Positions 8,899-17,271 of a stretch of DNA of 64,000 nt are shown here, piece by piece. The notes beneath the pieces were generated by a model, which was not told where the DNA came from, ran no database searches, and worked only from the letters and a program-made list of their open reading frames with translations. Position 1 is the first letter of the stretch, and the number at the start of each line of letters is the position of its first letter. The stretch is taken from NCBI GenBank assembly GCA_017629245.1, contig JAGBXO010000007.1, positions 14,100 to 78,099 of the forward strand, given 5' to 3'. A program made the translations under genes and the position numbers. The DNA comes from Alphaproteobacteria bacterium (lineage in GTDB: Bacteria; Pseudomonadota; Alphaproteobacteria; Rs-D84).

Positions 8899-10129
8899 AC
8901 AGTGTGATTACGCCGTCCGCAAATTCAATTGTTGCGGGCGCGCCCGCATCGCTGCGGCTGACTATTTGATTGTTTGCATCACGCACGATTGCATAGCCAC
9001 GCGACAAAACGCTTTTATAACTAAGTGAATTTAGCATCTGTCCCATATGATTCAGACCCTGGGTCAATACATTTATCTGATTTTGCAGAATATTTGGAAA
9101 CGCAGAAACAATATCCATCTTTTGTCGTGCCGTGGTCATTTTTGCATTAATAATAACATTCATTGTACGCCCCAGGTCGTCCAAACGCTGTGCGTGTTCC
9201 ATAACAACCTGTTTAGGGCTTTTAATATTAATTGTTTCTATGCGCTGTTTTGCATTTATTAGGCGTGTTGTAAAATTTCCTGATAGTCTGACCCACATAT
9301 TGTCCAGTTCATGAATCAGTGCCAATTTTGTTGGCACAACTGCCTCGGCGGCACCGGTTGGTGTTGGTGCGCGATAGTCAGCGGCAAAATCAATCAGCAT
9401 CCAGTCTGGTTCATGCCCAACGCCAGATATCAGTGGTATTTCACTGGCGGCTGCGGCACGCACAACAATTTCTTCTGAAAACGGCAGCAAATCTTCCAAT
9501 GCGCCACCACCACGCGCAACAATAATAACATCAACATTGCGCATTTTGTTAAAGTATTCAATGCCGGCGGCAACCTCGGCTGCGGCAGTTGTGCCTTGGA
9601 CAGTCGCCGGATATAACAACACATGCACCGGAAAGCGTTCGCGCAACCTGTTTTGAATGTCTTGAAATGCAGCACCGGTCGGACTGGTAACAACACCAAT
9701 TCTTTGTGGTAATCGGGGCAGGGGCTTTTTCCTGCTTTCGTCAAACAATCCTTCGGCGGCCAGTTTTCTTTTGCGTTCTTCCAGCATTTTCAAGATTGCG
9801 CCCACGCCCGCCATCTCAATTTCACTGGCGACAATTTGATAGTTGCTGCGTGCAGGATATGTTGTAAAACGTCCGGTCAGGATAACCTCCATCCCTTCTT
9901 CTAGCTTAAAAGAAACGGGTGTGCCGCGCCATATAATTACGGATATTGCTGCACCCGAATCCTTGATTGTCATATACATATGCCCCGAAGTCGCACGTGT
10001 TATTTGTGATAATTCCCCACGAATTTTTATTCGCGGAAAAGCGGTTTCAACAACACCTTTTAACAAAGCGGACGCATCGGTCACGCTAAAAACAGTATCG
10101 CCACTTACAAACGGTTCTGGTTTTTGCAT
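8897..10129 (-). CDS. xseA: Exodeoxyribonuclease VII large subunit
   Basis: N-terminal OB-fold plus catalytic core (GVVTSPTGAAFQDI, VIIVARGGGALEDL); 410 aa. Confidence 0.9.
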   Translation of the reverse strand: MQKPEPFVSGDTVFSVTDASALLKGVVETAFPRIKIRGELSQITRATSGHMYMTIKDSGAAISVIIWRGTPVSFKLEEGMEVILTGRFTTYPARSNYQIVASEIEMAGVGAILKMLEERKRKLAAEGLFDESRKKPLPRLPQRIGVVTSPTGAAFQDIQNRLRERFPVHVLLYPATVQGTTAAAEVAAGIEYFNKMRNVDVIIVARGGGALEDLLPFSEEIVVRAAAASEIPLISGVGHEPDWMLIDFAADYRAPTPTGAAEAVVPTKLALIHELDNMWVRLSGNFTTRLINAKQRIETINIKSPKQVVMEHAQRLDDLGRTMNVIINAKMTTARQKMDIVSAFPNILQNQINVLTQGLNHMGQMLNSLSYKSVLSRGYAIVRDANNQIVSRSDAGAPATIEFADGVITL

Positions 10130-10134
10130 ATCAC

Positions 10135-10650
10135 TTACTCTTTTGCATTATTGTTTTTCACAAATTCCATAAAGTCTATACCAATCGAGTGCAGAAATCT
10201 AACAACTGTATCCTGGGCTTCACGATTAATTTTTATTGGTCGTCCCATATAATATGGTACAGTCAGCATGTCATGTTCGTATTGGTCGTATGTCAGGTCA
10301 AAAGTCTGTCCGCTGGGTATGTGTTGAACATAATAATGCGGTCCATATGCCCAAACCTCATTTATATACATAACGCGCCATTCTTTCGGATTATTCATCA
10401 GTCCTACAAAAGAACAGCTTGCTGCCTTGCAGAAACCATACGCATCATACGGAAAATTCTTATAATCATCACCAATTATGCGTGAAAAAGTCGCATGTTT
10501 AACCGTGTCCAACTTAAAACTGTCGCGAAACAGCAATACAAAATTCTTGGCCTGCATACGTGTCCGTTTATCCAACCCCATCGTATCCAGTTGACCTATT
10601 AATTTTTTCGTTGCGCCTTCAAATAATTGTTCTTTTTTCTTTGCTTCCAT
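10135..10650 (-). CDS. Hypothetical protein (171 aa), co-directional and tightly packed between tsaD and xseA
   Basis: ORF with protein-like composition, a 5-nt gap to xseA and no recognised domain. Confidence 0.45.
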   Translation of the reverse strand: MEAKKKEQLFEGATKKLIGQLDTMGLDKRTRMQAKNFVLLFRDSFKLDTVKHATFSRIIGDDYKNFPYDAYGFCKAASCSFVGLMNNPKEWRVMYINEVWAYGPHYYVQHIPSGQTFDLTYDQYEHDMLTVPYYMGRPIKINREAQDTVVRFLHSIGIDFMEFVKNNNAKE

Positions 10651-10686
10651 AACAAGAACTATACCACAGCAGAATTTTTATATCAA

Positions 10687-11808
10687 TTACAATTCGGTAA
10701 GTGGCCAACGCGGGCGCGGAGCGACAGGTTCGGATATAATTTTGCCAATCTTATAATTTTCCAATCCTGCCCATGCAATCATTGCGCCGTTATCTGTACA
10801 CAGACTCATTGGTGGGGCAGCAAATAGCATTTTATTTTTCTGGGCAAATTTTTCCATCGCGCTGCGAATTGCGCTGTTTTTTGCAACGCCGCCCGCCACA
10901 ACCAGTGTTCTGGGCATACAATCGCGTACGCGTGAATCCCGCAGGGCGTTATTCAAACGATTAATTATGCAATCCACAACCGATGCCTGAAAAGATGCGC
11001 AAAAATCATTAATGTATTCATCGGTCAAAGGTTGCGCAGCACGGTCCAAGAATGTACGCGCCGCTGTCTTAATTCCGCTGAACGAGAAATCACATCCTGG
11101 CTTATCACATAATGGGCGCGGAAAGGCAAAGACCTTTGGATTGCCGGTTTGTGCACGTTTATCAACAATCGGCCCACCTGGATACCCCAGCCCCAGCATT
11201 TTTGCAACCTTGTCATATGCTTCACCTGCGCTGTCATCCAATGTTTGTCCAATCATTTCATATTGTCCAACACCACGCACCAATAAAATCTGACAATGCC
11301 CACCAGACGCCAGCATTAGCAGATATGGAAAATCTACTTGAACATTTCCATTTGTGCCATCTGCCATTGTTGCACATAACCGTGGCACCAATGCATGGCC
11401 TTCAAGATGATTGACCGCAACCAATGGTTTTTCTGTTGCCTGGGCAATACCGGTCGCTGCCATCCAACCAACCAACACACCGCCAATCAAACCTGGGCCC
11501 GCGGTTGCTGCGACAACATCAATATCATCAATTGTTTTACTGGCTTTGGTCAAGGTTTGTTTCACAACGTCTTCAATTGCCAATATATGTGCACGCGCTG
11601 CCAGTTCTGGCACAACGCCACCATATTTTTGATGTTCTGGAATTTGCGAATATATAATATGCGCCAAAATGTTTTTATCGCTGTCCACAATTGCCGCAGA
11701 TGTTTCATCGCACGAAGATTCAATCCCCAGACACAGGGTGGGGCGCATACTGTGTGTTTCAGAATCTATTGTGCCCATATCCATACGTATTAATTTTTCA
11801 TCGCTCAT
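10687..11808 (-). CDS. tsaD: tRNA N6-adenosine threonylcarbamoyltransferase TsaD
   Basis: Matches the Kae1/TsaD family: LGIESSCDETSAAIV plus HxxxH-type metal-binding motifs (HLEGHAL). Confidence 0.9.
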   Translation of the reverse strand: MSDEKLIRMDMGTIDSETHSMRPTLCLGIESSCDETSAAIVDSDKNILAHIIYSQIPEHQKYGGVVPELAARAHILAIEDVVKQTLTKASKTIDDIDVVAATAGPGLIGGVLVGWMAATGIAQATEKPLVAVNHLEGHALVPRLCATMADGTNGNVQVDFPYLLMLASGGHCQILLVRGVGQYEMIGQTLDDSAGEAYDKVAKMLGLGYPGGPIVDKRAQTGNPKVFAFPRPLCDKPGCDFSFSGIKTAARTFLDRAAQPLTDEYINDFCASFQASVVDCIINRLNNALRDSRVRDCMPRTLVVAGGVAKNSAIRSAMEKFAQKNKMLFAAPPMSLCTDNGAMIAWAGLENYKIGKIISEPVAPRPRWPLTEL

Positions 11809-12488
11809 TTTATTTTCACCAATGCTATCCCAAGGTTGTTTTTATTTTTTTTGCGTGTGTTCATGTATTTATCAAAAGACACATCAACAACTGCACCGTG
11901 TTCACTGGATGCATGTCGTAATACGCCATTTGGCATTAATATTCCCATGTGCACCACCGCTAAATCAGTTCCTATCTTATCACGAAAATCGGCATTGTCA
12001 GTAATAAACAACACAATCACAGGGTTTTCAATAATAATATCTTTTGTAAATTCGTATGGAATATATTCCAAATCAACCGCAACCGGCTTAAAATCAGTGT
12101 CGATATTGTGCGCCTTTTTAAACCAAGATTTTTTATCAATCACAACATGCCGAATTTTAGTTTTTCCATAATCCGCGCTGATATTTTGCACACGGTCTGA
12201 ATTATTGATCAACCAATCAGATTCAATAAAATGGTTTCGGTTTAAAAAGCCAATTTTACCGTCCTTGTATCGGATCTGATTCAGTGTCTCTATATCGCCA
12301 TTTGCCAGCACTGTTTCCACAAATGTTGTGCAATCAAACGCATCAAATCGTATCAGCGGATCAGAATCTGGTGCAATACCTTCACCTAATGGTGAATTTA
12401 TATATGGTGCACCTAAAAAATTATGGCCTGGCAATTGTGGGGTCACGCCACACCCAACCAAAAATAAAAGAAACGGTAATCTTCGCAT
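11805..12488 (-). CDS. Putative lipoprotein, possibly DUF1460/amidase-like
   Basis: Signal peptide with lipobox (LLFLVGC). The FDCTTFVETVLA motif resembles papain-like/DUF1460 Cys proteins. It overlaps the tsaD start by 4 nt. Confidence 0.45.
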   Translation of the reverse strand: MRRLPFLLFLVGCGVTPQLPGHNFLGAPYINSPLGEGIAPDSDPLIRFDAFDCTTFVETVLANGDIETLNQIRYKDGKIGFLNRNHFIESDWLINNSDRVQNISADYGKTKIRHVVIDKKSWFKKAHNIDTDFKPVAVDLEYIPYEFTKDIIIENPVIVLFITDNADFRDKIGTDLAVVHMGILMPNGVLRHASSEHGAVVDVSFDKYMNTRKKNKNNLGIALVKIK

Positions 12489-12793
12489 TACAGATTTTGC
12501 TTTAACTTAATACCTGTATAACACAGTGACGCAGCGTCTCGCACCGCCATTTGACCGCTGTCGGGCAAGGTTGCCATTTTATCTATGCATGCAACCAACA
12601 TGTCAACATTACCTGTTGCACCTGTCATAATCTGTGCAGACGCAATCCTGCGCTCCATTGGCGTGGCACGCCAATCTTTTAATGTTGCAGTCTCTAGTGA
12701 ATCGCTGCGCTGTGCGAAAAAGAACACAACAATTACCAATAATAAAACAGCCACACCAATAAAAATCTTAAAATATTTTTTTGCAAAATTCAT
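12488..12793 (-). CDS. Small single-pass membrane protein, hypothetical
   Basis: N-terminal TM helix (IFIGVAVLLLVIVVFFFA). It overlaps both neighbours (1 nt and 4 nt), suggesting an operon. Confidence 0.4.
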   Translation of the reverse strand: MNFAKKYFKIFIGVAVLLLVIVVFFFAQRSDSLETATLKDWRATPMERRIASAQIMTGATGNVDMLVACIDKMATLPDSGQMAVRDAASLCYTGIKLKQNL

Positions 12794-13182
12794 TTTCTTT
12801 TCCCTCTTTGTGCTCCTTTAACCAGTTTAAAATAATCTGGGCGAATTTGTGCCGCATTTTGCAATAAATGTTGTTCTGACATTTTTTGTACAGAACGGTA
12901 CAGAACAGGTCTGTCTACAATTATTTTATTTCCTTCCTTTGTCCACGCCAAGTTTCGCAAATCCGTATATGCATCAATATTGATATCATTGGCATGCACA
13001 CGATAAATCGTGGTCCATATAATATTCCCCATTTCTATCTGTGAAGACTCTAATATCGCCTTGGCCACATCTTTATTTGTGCAAATATAAACCTGTTCAC
13101 CCGCATCGCACCACTGGTCACCGCGCGCCATCACATGATTACTGTTTCCTAACATATATCCAACAATATTTGCAATTTTCAT
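12790..13182 (-). CDS. Hypothetical protein (130 aa)
   Basis: First gene of a co-directional overlapping gene string that ends in tsaD and xseA. No recognised domain. Confidence 0.4.
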   Translation of the reverse strand: MKIANIVGYMLGNSNHVMARGDQWCDAGEQVYICTNKDVAKAILESSQIEMGNIIWTTIYRVHANDINIDAYTDLRNLAWTKEGNKIIVDRPVLYRSVQKMSEQHLLQNAAQIRPDYFKLVKGAQRGKRK

Positions 13183-13200
13183 TTTATAAACCTTAAAACT

Positions 13201-13572
13201 TTATTCGCATTTTACCAGCCACACATCATAGTCCGGATGCTGCAATGGATTTTGCCCTGGTTCATTTCGTGACATCCAGCCACCAAAGACCCGGCCCTTA
13301 TCTCGTTCTGAAATTTCAAAGAACGCAAAGAAATCTTCTGGCTGGAATGGATCGGTTTGTTTACAAGACCGAACATTTATAAAAATTTTTTCAAACTGCA
13401 ATTCTTGATTCACAGGAATTGTCACCTGCTGAACCTTGCCAGCATCTTTATTCATTATCTTAACAACTGCCACATTGCGGTTTACATAAGCATCTGCCAC
13501 CACGGGCAGGGCACAAAGCAACCAAGATAAAATAATTTTTTTCATACCTACATGATACCCATCACATATCAA
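13201..13572 (-). CDS. Secreted DUF2155-like protein
   Basis: Signal peptide MKKIILSWLLCALPVVADA. Its ~120 aa length and C-terminal ...DYDVWLVKCE resemble the alphaproteobacterial DUF2155 family. Confidence 0.5.
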   Translation of the reverse strand: MICDGYHVGMKKIILSWLLCALPVVADAYVNRNVAVVKIMNKDAGKVQQVTIPVNQELQFEKIFINVRSCKQTDPFQPEDFFAFFEISERDKGRVFGGWMSRNEPGQNPLQHPDYDVWLVKCE

Positions 13573-13610
13573 TATGTCAAACCCATAAAAAGAAGTTTTT
13601 TATCATTTTG

Positions 13611-13638
13611 TTGACAAAATATGCTTCGGGGATATAAT
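13611..13638 (+). promoter_or_regulatory. Consensus sigma70 promoter (TTGACA-N16-TATAAT) for the nucleotidyltransferase/phosphoesterase pair
   Basis: TTGACA at 13611-13616 and TATAAT at 13633-13638 with a 16-nt spacer. The predicted TSS is ~13645, only 2-3 nt before the ATG at 13648, implying a leaderless or very short leader. Confidence 0.55.
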
Positions 13639-13647
13639 CAATCCACA

Positions 13648-14580
13648 ATGAAAAATCAATATAGTATTTTTGCAGGTATGACAAACCCCACCATGGCGGA
13701 AAAAGATTTCCTGGAATGTGCAATCTTGGACAAATTATTCCAAGACAAATTCTTTGCAGAAAATTTTGTGTTTGCGGGTGGCGGCTCTATTACCAAATCT
13801 TATGCATTCAGTCCGCGCATCAGCCAAGACTTAGATCTGGCATACACTGCCTTTTGCGACATTCCTGACACCCCGTCACGAAACCAGTTAAAGAAATTTC
13901 GCAAACGGTTTAAGACATTTATTTTTGAAACAATTGCTCCCCGAATAACCTCTCTGATTGCCGCGGACAATAAATACCAAATACTGACAGATCGCGAACA
14001 CTGCGTAAAGAGCAACAAAGAACAATGGCTGTCGTCACCTACAATCCACATATTGTATAAATCTGCATTTTATAACAGGACCGAAGAAATCCACATTGAA
14101 ATTATTCCGCGTAAATATTCACCGTCTGCGCTATCTTTTCATTCTGTAATGCCGTATGCATTACCTGGTGCCCGGTTTGGACATATTCCAACCGTTGCCT
14201 ATGAACAAACATTCTGGGACAAGGTTTTTGCCTTGCATTCAAACGCTTTGTCGGCACATCCGCATACAGATGCCTTTTATTCACGACACTATTTTGATGT
14301 TGCCAGACTGGCCGGTCGTGTTGATTTAGACAAAACCGCACATATGCTGTCAGATATTGCGCAGTACCAGGAAAAATACACAACCAAGCGACTGGGAACA
14401 GACATATCGCCCTGCGATGCTATTTTGATTCCATCAGATCCGGTTTTGTATGCCCTGGAATCAGACTATGACAATCTTGCACAGCAAACATTTATCGCAC
14501 CAAAAACTTCATGGAATTTAATTGTTCAGCGTCTTGAACAATTATCCCAAGACTTAAAGCAAATCGCATATCAAAGGTGA
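13648..14580 (+). CDS. AbiEii/AbiGii-like (DUF1814) Pol-beta-superfamily nucleotidyltransferase
   Basis: The Pol-beta NTase motif is present (FVFAGGGSITKSYAFSPRISQDLDLAY fits hG[GS]-x9-13-DhDh). The ~310 aa length is typical of AbiEii/MenT toxins. The start could instead be the ATG at 13678; the ORF-track start at 13621 lies inside the promoter. Confidence 0.65.
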   Translation: MKNQYSIFAGMTNPTMAEKDFLECAILDKLFQDKFFAENFVFAGGGSITKSYAFSPRISQDLDLAYTAFCDIPDTPSRNQLKKFRKRFKTFIFETIAPRITSLIAADNKYQILTDREHCVKSNKEQWLSSPTIHILYKSAFYNRTEEIHIEIIPRKYSPSALSFHSVMPYALPGARFGHIPTVAYEQTFWDKVFALHSNALSAHPHTDAFYSRHYFDVARLAGRVDLDKTAHMLSDIAQYQEKYTTKRLGTDISPCDAILIPSDPVLYALESDYDNLAQQTFIAPKTSWNLIVQRLEQLSQDLKQIAYQR

Positions 14581-14585
14581 TACAC

Positions 14586-15110
14586 ATGGCAAAATTTGTA
14601 TTCTCTGATCCGCATTTTAATTCTGAATCTATCATAAGAAATGGTCAGCGTCCATTTGTGAATATTGCTGAAATGAACGCAAAACTGATAGAAAATTATA
14701 ATTCTGTTGTTTCCAAACAAGATATATGTTATTGGCTGGGCGATATTATGTATGGTGCAACCCCTGACAAAGTGAAAAAGATTCTACAACAAATGCGTGG
14801 TCGCAAATATCTTATTATGGGCAATCACGACCGTGGACATTCAGAACATTGGTGGTTATCGGCTGGGTTTGACCGCGTTTATTCACATCCAATATATGAT
14901 GCAGAAAATTATATAATGCTGTCGCACGAACCATTGCCAGAATTTGGCAACCTGCCAAACATTGCGAACATTCATGGTCATATTCATATCCAAGATTACG
15001 ATTTCCCAGACCACGCACATTGCATAAATGTATGTGTTGAAAAAACGGATTACAAACCTGTACCATTAATCAATCCGTTTATTACCCAATCGCGCAAATT
15101 TTCACGCTAA
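14586..15110 (+). CDS. Calcineurin-like metallophosphoesterase (MPP superfamily)
   Basis: All MPP motifs in order: SDPHF (DxH), LGDIMYG (GD), MGNHD (GNHD), SHEP, IHGHIH (GHxH). A GGTGA RBS lies 5 nt upstream. A GTG at 14577 would overlap the NTase stop as GTGA. Confidence 0.75.
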   Translation: MAKFVFSDPHFNSESIIRNGQRPFVNIAEMNAKLIENYNSVVSKQDICYWLGDIMYGATPDKVKKILQQMRGRKYLIMGNHDRGHSEHWWLSAGFDRVYSHPIYDAENYIMLSHEPLPEFGNLPNIANIHGHIHIQDYDFPDHAHCINVCVEKTDYKPVPLINPFITQSRKFSR

Positions 15111-15111
15111 T

Positions 15112-15145
15112 AAAAATCCCCCAATTGGGGGATTGCTTTTATTTC
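15112..15145. terminator. Bidirectional terminator between phosphoesterase gene and dnaK
   Basis: ATCCCCC-aatt-GGGGGAT hairpin flanked by A-run/T-run. Confidence 0.5.
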
Positions 15146-17034
15146 TTTTCAGAAAAGTCTGCATCAACTGTACCGTCGTCATTTTTCTTGTCGCCGGTGT
15201 CAGCATTGGCCTGTTGTTCAGCCTGGGCAGCTTTATAGACCGCTTCGCCTAACTTCATAGCCTTTTCTGTTAACGCATCTGTCTTTTCTTTCAACGATTC
15301 TGCTGTCGCATCGACCTTGGCCAATTCGTCGGCCAATTCTTTCTTAGCATCTTCGATGGCCTTCTTTTCATCTTCGCTGATTTTGTCACCGTGTTCTTTC
15401 AGTGATTTTTCAATACTGAACACGGCTGTTTCCGCAGTATTTTTCGCTTCGGCCAACTCGCGTTTCTTTTTATCTGCTTCGGCATTTTGTGCGGCTTCAT
15501 CAACCATGCGATTGATTTCTTCTTCGCTCAACCCACCATCAGACTTAATAGAAATCGCCTGTTCTTTACCTGTGCCTTTATCTTTTGCAGACACATGAAC
15601 TATACCGTTCGCGTCAATATCAAAAGACACTTCAATCTGTGGCATACCGCGTGGGGCAGGCGCAATCCCTTCCAGGTTAAATTGTCCCAGCAATTTATTG
15701 TCGGCTGCCATATCGCGTTCACCCTGGAATACACGAATTGTCACAGCGGATTGGTTATCTTCTGCAGTACTAAACACCTGCGATTTCTTGGTTGGAATTG
15801 TTGTATTGCGGTCAATCAGTCGTGTGAACACACCACCCAGTGTTTCAATACCTAATGACAAAGGTGTCACATCCAACAACAGAACATCTTTTACATCGCC
15901 CTTTAAAACACCGCCTTGAATGGCTGCGCCCATACCGACAACTTCGTCTGGGTTAACGCCCTTGTGTGGTTCGCGACCAAAGAATTCTTTTACCGTTTCT
16001 GCAACCTTTGGCATGCGTGTCTGACCACCGACCAAGATAACTTCGTTAATCTGTGATTTTTCCAAACCTGCATCTTTCAACGCCTTTTTGCATGGTTCAA
16101 TAGTGCGTTCAATCAAATCCGCAACCAGCGATTCCAACTTTGCGCGTGTCAATGTTGTGTTAAAGTGCTTTGGCCCTGTTGCATCTGCCGTCAAATAAGG
16201 CAGGTTAATATCAGTTGATGTCTTTGAAGACAATTCAATCTTGGCCTTTTCCGCAGCTTCTTTCAAACGCTGTAATGCCAATTTATCGCCAGTCAGGTCA
16301 ATTCCCGTCTGGGCTTTAAATTCTGCGATTAAGTGTTCCAAGATACGCGCGTCAAAGTCTGAACCACCCAACGCCGTATCACCGTTTGTTGATTTTACTT
16401 CAAATACGCCATCTACAATTTCCAAGATAGACACGTCAAATGTACCACCGCCCAAGTCATATACTGCGATAACGCCGTCTTTACCCTTGTCCAGGCCATA
16501 CGCCAACGCTGCAGCGGTTGGTTCGTTCACAATACGCAACACATTCAGCCCTGCAATACGACCCGCGTCTTTTGTTGCTTGGCGTTGTGAATCGTTAAAG
16601 TACGCAGGAACCGTAATAACCGCATCAGTCACTGTTTCGCCCAAATAACTTTCCGCGTCTTTTTTCAGTTTTGCCAAAATCATGGCTGAAATCTGAGATG
16701 GGGCATATTTTTTACCTTCCATTTCAACCCACGCATCACCGTTTTCCCCGGCAACAATTTTGTATGGAACGCGCGCAGCTATTTCCTTGACCGCAGGGCT
16801 ATCAAAACGCAACCCCATCAGTCGTTTAATTTCATAAATTGTATTTTCAGGATTTGTCACCGCCTGGTTTTTTGCGGTAATACCGACTAACTGTTCACCA
16901 CCATTGGTTAATGCAACAACAGACGGTGTTGTGCGTTGCCCTTCGGCATTTTCAATAATTTTTGGATCTGTTCCGTCCATAAACGCCATGGCGGAATTAG
17001 TTGTACCCAACTCAATACCAATAACTTTTCCCAT
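15139..17034 (-). CDS. dnaK: Chaperone DnaK (Hsp70)
   Basis: N-terminus [16 protein letters not shown]; the full 631-aa Hsp70 architecture with an acidic C-terminal tail. Confidence 0.9.
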   Translation of the reverse strand: MGKVIGIELGTTNSAMAFMDGTDPKIIENAEGQRTTPSVVALTNGGEQLVGITAKNQAVTNPENTIYEIKRLMGLRFDSPAVKEIAARVPYKIVAGENGDAWVEMEGKKYAPSQISAMILAKLKKDAESYLGETVTDAVITVPAYFNDSQRQATKDAGRIAGLNVLRIVNEPTAAALAYGLDKGKDGVIAVYDLGGGTFDVSILEIVDGVFEVKSTNGDTALGGSDFDARILEHLIAEFKAQTGIDLTGDKLALQRLKEAAEKAKIELSSKTSTDINLPYLTADATGPKHFNTTLTRAKLESLVADLIERTIEPCKKALKDAGLEKSQINEVILVGGQTRMPKVAETVKEFFGREPHKGVNPDEVVGMGAAIQGGVLKGDVKDVLLLDVTPLSLGIETLGGVFTRLIDRNTTIPTKKSQVFSTAEDNQSAVTIRVFQGERDMAADNKLLGQFNLEGIAPAPRGMPQIEVSFDIDANGIVHVSAKDKGTGKEQAISIKSDGGLSEEEINRMVDEAAQNAEADKKKRELAEAKNTAETAVFSIEKSLKEHGDKISEDEKKAIEDAKKELADELAKVDATAESLKEKTDALTEKAMKLGEAVYKAAQAEQQANADTGDKKNDDGTVDADFSEKK

Positions 17035-17065
17035 TTTTCATACTCCTTAAATTTTTGCTTACCCT

Positions 17066-17098
17066 CCATATAGTTAATCATAAAACCATTTCAAGGGG
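17066..17098 (-). promoter_or_regulatory. Putative RpoH (sigma32) heat-shock promoter of dnaK
   Basis: Minus strand reads CCCCTTGAAA-N18-CTATAT. This matches the alphaproteobacterial sigma32 consensus CTTG-N17/18-CYTATNT. An AAGGAG RBS follows ~8 nt before the ATG. Confidence 0.5.
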
Positions 17099-17221
17099 CA
17101 ATAGACACATTTTCTTAAAATAAAAATTAATGTATTATTTATCAACCCGCCACAGATTCTGGTATTGTCTTTAAATCAATAATTAAAAACCGCATAAACA
17201 GGCAAAGCAGGGCACACCAAA

Positions 17222-17250
17222 CAAAAACCCGGCTTGCGCCGGATTTTTGC
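17222..17250. terminator. Bidirectional terminator downstream of the giant surface-protein gene
   Basis: CCGGC-ttgc-GCCGG hairpin with an A-run on one side and a T-run on the other. Confidence 0.45.
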
Positions 17251-17271
17251 TTCCTTCCTTAATTTGCCAAA

